The notes under the pieces are model-generated. The model made no database searches. It saw nothing but the letters and a program-made list of their open reading frames with translations, and was not told the origin of the DNA. 64,000 nt of DNA from Prosthecobacter debontii (GTDB lineage: Bacteria; Verrucomicrobiota; Verrucomicrobiia; Chthoniobacterales; Chthoniobacteraceae). Shown here piece after piece: positions 8,937 to 17,183 of this stretch (the first letter of the stretch is position 1; each line of letters starts with the position of its first letter). Both the position numbers and the translations under genes were made by a program. The DNA lies in assembly GCA_945905735.1 (NCBI GenBank), contig CAMDQC010000008.1, positions 1,989 to 65,988 of the forward strand. The letters are read 5' to 3'.

Positions 8937-11372
8937 TTACCGCCCGAGATTGAGCTGCGGAGAGATGCCGACAGCTCCGTTGCCGAGGTTCACGCTAGGG
9001 TTTCCCGTGCCAGTGCCGGGCTGCGGGGTCGTCGGTGGTGTCACCGTTACGCCGGGTGTGATCTTCACGGTGCCAGTCTGTGTCTGCCCCGCGAAGACGC
9101 CGGTGGCGACGCTTTGGTTGGGCAGGAGGACGCCTTGGAAGCTGCGCATCTCGCCATCATACGGGTGCTCGAACGTGCCGGTAAATGTGCCGGAGGTCGG
9201 GTAGAGCGTGAGCTTGGATACGCTGCCCTTTGGCAGCTCCACGCGGTTGTTTTTATCGATGGTGAAGTTGCGCGTGATGTTGCTGGTAAGGTTCCCGCCT
9301 CGGAAGGTGATGGTGGCGTCGCTGGTGTCGGCGTTGAGCACGCGCTCGCGCTTTGCGGGCGGTGTGTAGGCTCCGCCGGTGGCGTTCACGGTGGTGTAGA
9401 AGCCTTCGGGAAACTTGGTCGCTCCTTCGTCTGGCGGGCGATACCATTTCAGGTCGCCAGCAGCCGTCACATCCGTCGTCCCAGCGAGGGTGACGATGCC
9501 CTGCACGCGCGCGTCTTTTGGCGAGAGCCAAAGCGGGATGCCGGTCGCGGTGTCGGTGCCGGTGAGTGTGGAGCCGTAGGTGAACTTGCTGCCGTCGCCG
9601 AGCAGTCCCTGGATGCTGACGCCGCCCCATTCTTTCACCGTCATGCGCATGAAGCCCGCGCCTTCCGGCAGGCCGGTAGCGGTCTGCCCGGCGGTCGCGC
9701 TGTTGCCGGGAGCGGGGATCGTCATGGTGTAAAGTCCGGCGAGTTCCGTCATGCGCGCTTTGGTGACTTCGTTCGTCGTCGTCGCAGCGCTGTAACTGCC
9801 ATCGTCGCGGGTGAAGCTGAAGTCGAGCTTCACATCGCCGGGCGAACCGTTCGCGGCGGCACCGGTATTTGTCTGCGCTCCAGCAGGGAGGCTGGCGGTC
9901 ACTTCCATGTAAAGGCCCGAGGGAGTCGTTCCACGGAACTTCCCGTCTGCACCCAACTCGCCCGTGACCACGTAGCTCTCGCTGCCGATGGAGATTTTAG
10001 CGGTGAACTTCCCCCCTTTATTCGCCAGTAATTTGAACGCACCTGCGATGTCGCCGTCCGCATTTTTAATGAGCCCGCTGTTCACACCCGAGAGCGATTG
10101 CTGGAAGTCGGGCAGCGTTTGGAAAGTGCCCGTTTTTACCGTGGTCGTCCTCGTGTTATTCGGGTGCGACGCGGTGAGGGTGTAGCGGTATCGCGTGTTG
10201 GGGATGAGGTCTTGCACGTCGAAGGAGACGGCCACATTTCGCCCATCATGCGGGACGGCAGCGAGGCGGGTGACGGTGGTTGTTTTCTCCCCGATGGCCA
10301 CGGCGAGCGTGAGGTCCACCTTCGCGCCATGCGCGGTGACGGTGGCGGTGATGTTTGCAGTCTCCCGTTCGGCAGTCACCACCGCTCTCACGGTGGGCGC
10401 TTGCGGAAGAGTAAAGATCAGGTCGGATGTGGCTGTCTCGCCGACGGAGTTCGTCGCAGTTACTTTATAGTGATACGTCTGCGCAATGAGGCCAGTAAGG
10501 TGAACGACGGTCGCCACGGGCTTCTTCACGCCGGTCTGCGAGGCGGGGACTTTCTCGGCCACTGTGACGGTGGTGCCGTAAGCGGGGGCCGCCGCACCGA
10601 AGTCCGTCTTCACCGTAGTCTCCGCGCCCTGCGCGTCCACCGTCAGCGTGATGTCTGCGGAGTTCTCCGTGAGGACATCCACCGTCGGAGCAACGAGGAG
10701 CAGCGGCTTTTTCGCGGGCATGAGGAAGGTCAAATCCGCCGTGCCCGCGTCCGGCGCGGTGCCGTTCTTCGCAGTGATCTTGTAGTGGTAAGTCGTCCCC
10801 AGCTTCAGCCCGGTGATGGGGAAAGTTGTCAGCTCACCCACAGCAGTCGCATCCACTTTTGCCGTCGCCGTTTTCCCATACTGATCCGTTTCGCCATAGA
10901 CGAGCGTCACGGTCGTAGCGCTCCCGTTCCCCGTGATGAGTGCGTTGATATTTGCGTTCCCGTCGGAGACTTGCGTCGCCGTCACCGTGCCGATGATCGG
11001 CGGTGCGGTCGCGGGTATCTCAATGAGCAAGTCCGCAGACTCCGCAGCCGGAGCGACGGTATTATTCGCCACGACTTTGCACAGATACTTTTCCCCAAAC
11101 GTCAGACTCGTCAGCGAAAACGAGAACGGCGAATCCGCCGTCACGCCGTCCTGATTAAGAGTTCTCGTGAGGATAATTGCGGGGTCCGTGAGCGTCCGAA
11201 GTGTGAGCGTCAGCGTTGTAGCCTTCCCATTCCCCGTCACCGTCCCCGAGACCGTCGCCCGCGCGCCCGGCAACTCAGTGCGAGCCACTCCGGCGAGCGT
11301 CGGCGGCAAGTCTTGAGCGAAAAGAAACGCCGGCAGGAGACAGGCAGCGATGGCGAAAAGGAGCGATTTCAT
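8937..11372 (-). CDS. Large secreted protein: signal peptide, about four FN3-like repeats, and an uncharacterised C-terminal module
   Basis: 811 aa. MKSLLFAIAACLLPAFLFAQ is the signal. Repeats of about 95 aa each end in TTYHYK(I/V)TA-type strands. The last ~357 aa are homologous to the C-terminus of the 59162-63334 protein. Confidence 0.75.
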   Translation of the reverse strand: MKSLLFAIAACLLPAFLFAQDLPPTLAGVARTELPGARATVSGTVTGNGKATTLTLTLRTLTDPAIILTRTLNQDGVTADSPFSFSLTSLTFGEKYLCKVVANNTVAPAAESADLLIEIPATAPPIIGTVTATQVSDGNANINALITGNGSATTVTLVYGETDQYGKTATAKVDATAVGELTTFPITGLKLGTTYHYKITAKNGTAPDAGTADLTFLMPAKKPLLLVAPTVDVLTENSADITLTVDAQGAETTVKTDFGAAAPAYGTTVTVAEKVPASQTGVKKPVATVVHLTGLIAQTYHYKVTATNSVGETATSDLIFTLPQAPTVRAVVTAERETANITATVTAHGAKVDLTLAVAIGEKTTTVTRLAAVPHDGRNVAVSFDVQDLIPNTRYRYTLTASHPNNTRTTTVKTGTFQTLPDFQQSLSGVNSGLIKNADGDIAGAFKLLANKGGKFTAKISIGSESYVVTGELGADGKFRGTTPSGLYMEVTASLPAGAQTNTGAAANGSPGDVKLDFSFTRDDGSYSAATTTNEVTKARMTELAGLYTMTIPAPGNSATAGQTATGLPEGAGFMRMTVKEWGGVSIQGLLGDGSKFTYGSTLTGTDTATGIPLWLSPKDARVQGIVTLAGTTDVTAAGDLKWYRPPDEGATKFPEGFYTTVNATGGAYTPPAKRERVLNADTSDATITFRGGNLTSNITRNFTIDKNNRVELPKGSVSKLTLYPTSGTFTGTFEHPYDGEMRSFQGVLLPNQSVATGVFAGQTQTGTVKITPGVTVTPPTTPQPGTGTGNPSVNLGNGAVGISPQLNLGR

Positions 11373-11516
11373 TGAAAGAAGAGTGGTCGGGCGAGCGTAT
11401 CCTCCCCCATGCGACAGTTACTTCAACCATTTGTTCACCGAAGGTTGCCAATTATTTCCACATTTAAAGCGTGAACATTCCCCCCGCTTCCCCTGTCCTA
11501 CCGCGCCACAACACAC

Positions 11517-12521
11517 ATGCAAATCACTCCAGCCGCACAAGAAGCCGACGTCATCGCCATAGACAAACTGCGCGACATCTTCGGGAAACTTCGCGCCGAA
11601 CTCAGCAAAGTCATCATCGGCCAAGATCACGTCGTCGAGAAACTCCTCACCTGCATCTTCGCACGCGGCCACGCGCTGCTCATGGGCGTCCCCGGTCTGG
11701 CGAAGACGCTGCTCATTCACTCACTCGCCGACGTGATGCAGCTCAATTTCAGCCGCATCCAATTCACCCCCGACCTTATGCCGAGCGACATCACCGGCAC
11801 CGAAATCCTGCAAGACGGCGACGGCGGGCGACGCACCTTCGAGTTCATCAAAGGCCCGATTTTCGCCAACATCGTCCTCGCCGACGAAATCAACCGCACC
11901 CCGCCCAAAACCCAAGCCGCCCTGCTCCAAGCCATGCAAGAGCAAGTCGTCAACGCCGGCAAACACCGCTTCGTCTTGGACAAACCGTTCTTCGTCCTCG
12001 CCACCCAAAACCCCATCGAACAAGAAGGCACGTATCCCTTGCCCGAAGCGCAGCTCGACCGCTTCATGTTCCTCATCAACGTCGGCTACCCCACCGCCGC
12101 CGAAGAACTCCAAATCGCCAAAGCCACCACCGGCGCAAGCGTGCCGAAGCTCGACAAAATCATGACCGGCGACGACATCCTGCTTTTCCAAGACATCGTC
12201 CGCCGAGTCCCCGTCCCCGAGCACGTCTATGAATACGTCGTGAAGCTCGTGCGCAAATGCCGTCCGAAAGAACCCGAAGCGCCCGACTGGATCAAGAAGT
12301 GGGTCATGTGGGGCCCCGGCCCCCGCGCCGTGCAATACCTCGTCCTCGGAGCAAAAGCGCGCGCCGTCCTCCAAGGCAGCTACCTCGCGAGACTCGAAGA
12401 CGTGCAAGCCGTCGCCGAGCCAGTGCTCGCGCATCGTATCTTGGTGAATTTCCACGCCGAAAGTGAAGGCGTGGACGCGGCAGAGATCATCCGTCGGGTT
12501 ATGAAGGAGACGGAGGGGTGA
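11517..12521 (+). CDS. MoxR-family AAA+ ATPase
   Basis: 334 aa. GVPGLAKT (Walker A), VLADEINR (Walker B) and FVLATQNP. It is followed by DUF58 and BatA-type genes. Confidence 0.9.
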   Translation: MQITPAAQEADVIAIDKLRDIFGKLRAELSKVIIGQDHVVEKLLTCIFARGHALLMGVPGLAKTLLIHSLADVMQLNFSRIQFTPDLMPSDITGTEILQDGDGGRRTFEFIKGPIFANIVLADEINRTPPKTQAALLQAMQEQVVNAGKHRFVLDKPFFVLATQNPIEQEGTYPLPEAQLDRFMFLINVGYPTAAEELQIAKATTGASVPKLDKIMTGDDILLFQDIVRRVPVPEHVYEYVVKLVRKCRPKEPEAPDWIKKWVMWGPGPRAVQYLVLGAKARAVLQGSYLARLEDVQAVAEPVLAHRILVNFHAESEGVDAAEIIRRVMKETEG

Positions 12522-12525
12522 ACGA

Positions 12526-12560
12526 GATGCGGGATACGGGATGCGGGATGCGGGATGACC
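12526..12560. repeat. Five tandem degenerate heptamers (gatgcgg) directly after the moxR stop
   Basis: The sequence reads gatgcgg gatacgg gatgcgg gatgcgg gatgacc. Confidence 0.7.
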
Positions 12561-12564
12561 AAGC

Positions 12565-13219
12565 GCGTAGCGCTTCGATGTGCGTAGCCGTGGGTGGAGC
12601 GAAGCGCAACCCACGGTCGCCCGCCACAACGATGGCACCGCGTAGCGGTGCGACAAATCACTGAGATGGCGAACACCTTCACCCAGCTCGATTATCACAT
12701 CGTCTTCTCCACGAAAGACCGCCGCCCAGTGCTGGACTCCACCCGCCGCGAAGAGCTGTACCGCTACATCTGGGGTGCGCACAAAAACATGGGCTGCAAA
12801 CTTCACCGAATCGGCGGCGTCGAAGACCACGTTCACATTTTCGCATCGCTTCCCACGACGTTGTGCATCGCCGATTTCGTGAAGGAGGTAAAAACCGAAG
12901 CGACCAAATGGATTAAACGCGAAGGCGTCTTCCCAGAGTTCACGAGCTGGCAGGACGGATATGGTGCATTCACCGTCTCGCAAGAACATCGCGATGCGGT
13001 GATTACGTATATTAAAGACCAACCCGACCATCACCGGGGCGTCTCTTTTGTGGAGGAATACAAACGTCTGCTGACACAGGCAGGCATCTCATTCGATGAA
13101 CAATACCTCTGACGTTCCGCCGCTTTTGTCGCACCGCATACGCGGTGCATTCCTCGTCGGACCCAAACCGTGGGTTTCGCTACGCTTCACCCACGGCTAC
13201 GCACATCGGACCGCTACGC
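12565..13219 (+). mobile_element. REP-flanked RAYT unit (IS200/IS605-like Y1 transposase gene bracketed by nested inverted hairpin repeats)
   Basis: The outer arm 12565-12617 is the reverse complement of 13167-13219 (48/53 identical by hand alignment). The inner arm 12635-12657 is the reverse complement of 13125-13148 (identical apart from a 1-nt indel). Each arm is itself a hairpin (ccgtgggt...acccacgg; gcaccgc..gcggtgc). Confidence 0.8.
12666..13112 (+). CDS. REP-associated tyrosine transposase (IS200-like Y1 HUH enzyme)
   Basis: 148 aa from ATG 12666. LDYHIVFSTKDRRP, the HUH motif in EDHVHIF, and the C-terminal YIKDQPDHH (Y-x-x-x-Q-x-x-HH) are typical of RAYT/IS200 TnpA. Confidence 0.85.
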   Translation: MANTFTQLDYHIVFSTKDRRPVLDSTRREELYRYIWGAHKNMGCKLHRIGGVEDHVHIFASLPTTLCIADFVKEVKTEATKWIKREGVFPEFTSWQDGYGAFTVSQEHRDAVITYIKDQPDHHRGVSFVEEYKRLLTQAGISFDEQYL

Positions 13220-13237
13220 GGTCACCGCATCTCGCAA

Positions 13238-14134
13238 ATGGACTTTCTTGATCAGGCCGTCATCGCCCGCCTTTCCCGGCTGCAACTCGCCGTCCGCACA
13301 CCCATGCTTGGCTCCGTCACCGGGCTGCATCGCTCGGCGACTCGTGGCGCGTCCGTCGAGTTTGCCGAGTACCGCAAATACTCGCCCGGCGACGACCTCA
13401 AGTTCCTCGACTGGCGCGTCTTCGCTCGCACGGACAAATACTTCATCCGTGAATTTGAGGCGGATACGAACCTCCGCTGCTACCTCGTCGTGGACACGTC
13501 GGCTTCGATGAAATTTCAGTCCGCCGACCACATGACGCGCTTCGACTACGCCCGCCGCCTCGCCGGCACGCTCGCGCATTTGCTCGTGCATCAAGGCGAC
13601 GCCGTGGGACTCACCGCCTTCTCCGAGAAAGCCGTGGACCTCCCGCCGCGCCACACGTCGTCGCATTTGCGCCAGCTCTACCAACTTCTCGCCGACGCCA
13701 AACCCTCGGGCGAAGCGAACATTGTACAGACGCTCCACGACTTCGCCGAGCGCGTGCGCAGCCGGGCGCTCGTGGTCATCATCAGCGACTTCTTCGCCGA
13801 GCCGGGCGACTTGCTTGATGCCTTCAAGCACCTCCGCTTTTACAAGCACGACCTCGCCGTCTTCCACCTGCTCGACCGGCAGGAATACGACTTCGATTTC
13901 ACCCGCCCCGTGCGCTTCGTGGACATGGAAAATGGGGCTGACCTCATCACCGATCCTGCCGTCATCCGCGACGCCTACCGCGAAGCCGTCACCGACTACC
14001 TCGCCGCGATGAAACACGGCTGCACGCAATTCCAAGTGGACTACCACCTCACGTATCTCGACCAGTCATTCGAGGGCGTGCTCACGCAGTTTATGCTGCA
14101 ACGGATACGGCAGTCGAAGAAGGGAGGCAGATGA
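13238..14134 (+). CDS. DUF58 protein (vWA-like, MoxR partner)
   Basis: GLHRSATRGASVEFAEYRKYSPGDDLKFLDWRVFARTDKYFIREFEAD is the DUF58 signature. The start is moved to ATG 13238 because the upstream track extension reads through the REP arm. Confidence 0.85.
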   Translation: MDFLDQAVIARLSRLQLAVRTPMLGSVTGLHRSATRGASVEFAEYRKYSPGDDLKFLDWRVFARTDKYFIREFEADTNLRCYLVVDTSASMKFQSADHMTRFDYARRLAGTLAHLLVHQGDAVGLTAFSEKAVDLPPRHTSSHLRQLYQLLADAKPSGEANIVQTLHDFAERVRSRALVVIISDFFAEPGDLLDAFKHLRFYKHDLAVFHLLDRQEYDFDFTRPVRFVDMENGADLITDPAVIRDAYREAVTDYLAAMKHGCTQFQVDYHLTYLDQSFEGVLTQFMLQRIRQSKKGGR

Positions 14135-16128
14135 CGTATCTCCAACCGTGGTCGCTGTGGCTCCTCTCGCTCTGCCTGCTCCCCATCATCATCCACATGC
14201 TCAATCGGCTCCGTTACAAAACGGTCCAATGGGCGGCGATGTACTTCCTCCTGAAAGCCAACAAAGCAGCGACCAAACGCGCCAAACTCCGCCAATACAT
14301 TCTCCTGCTCTTCCGCGCGCTGGCTGTGCTCTTTCTCATCTGGGCCATGATGCGGCCAAAGACCGGCGGCTTCCTCGGCCAGTCGGCTGGCGGTGCGCCG
14401 GAGGTCATCATCGTCATGCTGGATCGCTCTGCCAGCATGGAGTCCCGCGTCGCCACCGACCGGCAGGACACCAAACGCCAGCAGGCCATCGCGCTGCTCA
14501 CGGAAGCGGCGAAGGACAGCATCGGCAGCCGGTTCGTCTTCATCGAAAACGTCCTCCGCGCCCCGCTGGAAGTCGCCGATTTGAAAACCCTCGCCACCCT
14601 CCAAACCGCCGAGGCTACCGACACCGCCGCCGACATCCCGGCGATGTTCCGCACGGCGCTGGCGTATCTCATTAAGAACAAACCCGGCAGCGCAGAAGTG
14701 TGGCTGGCGAGTGATTTGCAAAAGAGCAACTGGCGCGACGACAGCGCCGAGTGGCAGGACATCGCAGCGCGGTTCACCGGCCTGCCCGAGACGCACATCC
14801 GCCTGCTCGACCTGTCCTCCGCGCCCGGCGCGAACCTCTCCATCGCGGTGAAAGCAGCCGAGTTTCGCCCCTCAAAGACAGCGCCGGAAAAAGGCACGCT
14901 CGCCGTCTCGCTGGAGACTCGCAGCGGCGGCGCTACGGGCACGTTCCCGCTCAAAGTCACCCGCGACGGCGCGACCAGCCAGAGCGACCTCGTGCTCAAC
15001 TCCGCCATCCGCCGCGAGGCCGTGAAATACGACATCGCCAAGCTCCCCGACGGCGGCGGCTGGGGGAAATTTGAGCTACCCGCCGACGAGAACCTCGGGG
15101 ACAACGCCGCCTATTTCACCTACCGCACACCCGTCCCGCTGCACGCCGCAATCGTGAGCGATTTACCCGGCGCAAAACGCATCGCCTTCGCCGCTGCGCC
15201 CGACAAAACGCGCACCGACCGCACCGCCGAACTTTTCCCCCAAGCGCGAATCAGCGACCTCAAATGGAAGGACGCCGCGCTCATCGTCTGGCAAGGCCCA
15301 CCGCCCGCCGACGCCGTGTCCAAGCAGCTCCAAGCATTCGTCGAAAGCGGCGGCGTGCTGCTCGCGTTCCCCGCTGGCGGCGATAGCGGCAACGGCCCGC
15401 TCGGCATCACCTGGGGCGCAGCGGAGAACGGCAAAGAGCCCTTCCGAGTCGTGAGCTGGGACGAACTCGACGGCCCACTCGCCCGCACCGACAACGGCAC
15501 CTCGCTGCCCGTCGCCCGCCTCGAACTCACCCGCCGCCAGGTCGGTCGCATCGCCAGCGAAACCGCCCACGTCTATGGAGTCTTCGCCGACGGCCAGCCG
15601 TTTCTCATCGGACAACAAATCGGCTCCGGCCACATCTTCGCTTGCGCCACCGCGCCCGACCCGGAATGGGGCAGCTTCAGCGACGGCTTCGTCCTTCTAC
15701 CCATGATGCAACGCCTGCTCGCCCAAGGCGGCACGCGCCTCGCGCCGCCATCACTCGGCATCGCCGGCGACTGGCAACCGCAAGACACCTGGACCGCCGT
15801 AGAAACCGACCGCCGCCGCGACCCCCGCTGGCACGCCGGAGTCTATAAACAAGCCGACCGCCTCATCGCCCTAAACCGCGCCGAGTCGGAAGACACCGCC
15901 GATTTCCTAAACGCCGAAGCCATCAAAAAACTACTCCCCAACGCCAAACTCGACGTGCTCACCGGCGCGGCGACGATGAAAGCCGACCGCCTCACCAGCG
16001 AAATCTGGCCCATCATGATCATGGCGACGATGCTCTTCATGACGCTCGAAATGCTGCTCGCAACCAGCAAAGCGCTCATCCCACAGAAGCCGAAACCGAA
16101 AGTGAAACGCGAGGAGGTGGCAGCGTGA
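14131..16128 (+). CDS. BatA-type membrane protein (N-terminal double-transmembrane domain)
   Basis: 665 aa. MTYLQPWSLWLLSLCLLPIIIHMLNRLRYKTVQWAAMYFL is the aerotolerance-regulator N-terminal domain, and there is a C-terminal TM. The start overlaps the DUF58 stop (ATGA). Confidence 0.75.
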   Translation: MTYLQPWSLWLLSLCLLPIIIHMLNRLRYKTVQWAAMYFLLKANKAATKRAKLRQYILLLFRALAVLFLIWAMMRPKTGGFLGQSAGGAPEVIIVMLDRSASMESRVATDRQDTKRQQAIALLTEAAKDSIGSRFVFIENVLRAPLEVADLKTLATLQTAEATDTAADIPAMFRTALAYLIKNKPGSAEVWLASDLQKSNWRDDSAEWQDIAARFTGLPETHIRLLDLSSAPGANLSIAVKAAEFRPSKTAPEKGTLAVSLETRSGGATGTFPLKVTRDGATSQSDLVLNSAIRREAVKYDIAKLPDGGGWGKFELPADENLGDNAAYFTYRTPVPLHAAIVSDLPGAKRIAFAAAPDKTRTDRTAELFPQARISDLKWKDAALIVWQGPPPADAVSKQLQAFVESGGVLLAFPAGGDSGNGPLGITWGAAENGKEPFRVVSWDELDGPLARTDNGTSLPVARLELTRRQVGRIASETAHVYGVFADGQPFLIGQQIGSGHIFACATAPDPEWGSFSDGFVLLPMMQRLLAQGGTRLAPPSLGIAGDWQPQDTWTAVETDRRRDPRWHAGVYKQADRLIALNRAESEDTADFLNAEAIKKLLPNAKLDVLTGAATMKADRLTSEIWPIMIMATMLFMTLEMLLATSKALIPQKPKPKVKREEVAA

Positions 16129-16189
16129 AGGCATCCGCTCGCCAAAACTATTACGTGAAGCCCATCCCATCTTCCGCTATCAATCGGAC

Positions 16190-16408
16190 ATGACATCCGC
16201 ATATCCAACCGACACACGCCCAGCACCCGCCGCCGCCATCGCTATGGCGCACGAGGCGCTTCAACGGTTTCCAGAGTGCTTTTGGTTTCGCTCGCCAAAC
16301 GCGCCACTGGATCAAATCGCCCAAGTGGAACTCATCGTGCGCCGGATGCGGCAACACGGCAACCGGTCCGCGTGGGAGATGGCCTACCAAATCGAGCAAT
16401 GCCTTTAA
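16190..16408 (+). CDS. Small hypothetical protein, candidate partner of the downstream NTase
   Basis: 72 aa, or 54 aa if translation starts at the internal Met. Its last 10 nt overlap the ATG of the next ORF. No recognisable motif. Confidence 0.45.
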   Translation: MTSAYPTDTRPAPAAAIAMAHEALQRFPECFWFRSPNAPLDQIAQVELIVRRMRQHGNRSAWEMAYQIEQCL

Positions 16409-17181
16409 CAGCCTTCCAAGCTGACGTGCTCAGCGTCATCGCTGCCAACCGATGCGTCGAAAGCCGTATCGCGGGCGGAATTGCGCTAAACGCTGGTCCT
16501 GAATCGCCAAGAATCAGTGGGGACATTGATATTTTTCATGACGCACAGGAGGCTATCGAAGTCGCGAGTGAAGCGGATTGCGCAAGCCTCGTCGCCGCTG
16601 GCTGCATCGTGGAACGATTGATGTGGAATGACACATTCCGGCGGATTCGAGTTCTTCGTGGAGATGATTTTGTGAAACTCGAATGGGCGCAGGATTCCGC
16701 GTGGCGATTCTTCCCCATCGAACGTGACCCTGTGTTGGCGTGGAAACTCCATCGCTTTGATGCGCTCACGAACAAGGCGCTGGCGATGGGCTCGCGGAGT
16801 GAAACTCGCGACCTCGTTGACCTTGTGATGAACCATGAACGAGTGCCGCTTCACTCAATAGTCTGGGCAGCGTGCTCGAAAGACCCCGGATTTACTCCGG
16901 GACTGCTGCTTGAACAGATGCGGAGGAATGCCCGTATCGAGCTAGTCGCGATGGAGGAAATGGGCGTCACGATGCAGCCCAGCGAGCTTAAATTAAAGTG
17001 GTTGGACATAGCGAGGGAAACTGAGACGGCAATTCTGGCTGCTGGTCATGCCGGTGTAGAACCCGGCGTCGTTTTTCTCGCTCCCGATGGCTCGGTAAAA
17101 TGGTTCGACACACCGGGAGCCACCATTCACCGAGCGACGCTTGGCGGCGTGATTCCACGGCTTGGAGGCGTGCATTACTAA
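16399..17181 (+). CDS. AbiEii/DUF1814-type nucleotidyltransferase
   Basis: 260 aa from ATG 16399 (the track ORF 16276.. is extended upstream). IAGGIALNAGPESPRISGDIDIF and KALAMGSRSETRDLVDLV match the two signature blocks of the AbiEii/MenT NTase family. Confidence 0.7.
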   Translation: MPLTAFQADVLSVIAANRCVESRIAGGIALNAGPESPRISGDIDIFHDAQEAIEVASEADCASLVAAGCIVERLMWNDTFRRIRVLRGDDFVKLEWAQDSAWRFFPIERDPVLAWKLHRFDALTNKALAMGSRSETRDLVDLVMNHERVPLHSIVWAACSKDPGFTPGLLLEQMRRNARIELVAMEEMGVTMQPSELKLKWLDIARETETAILAAGHAGVEPGVVFLAPDGSVKWFDTPGATIHRATLGGVIPRLGGVHY

Positions 17182-17183
17182 CC

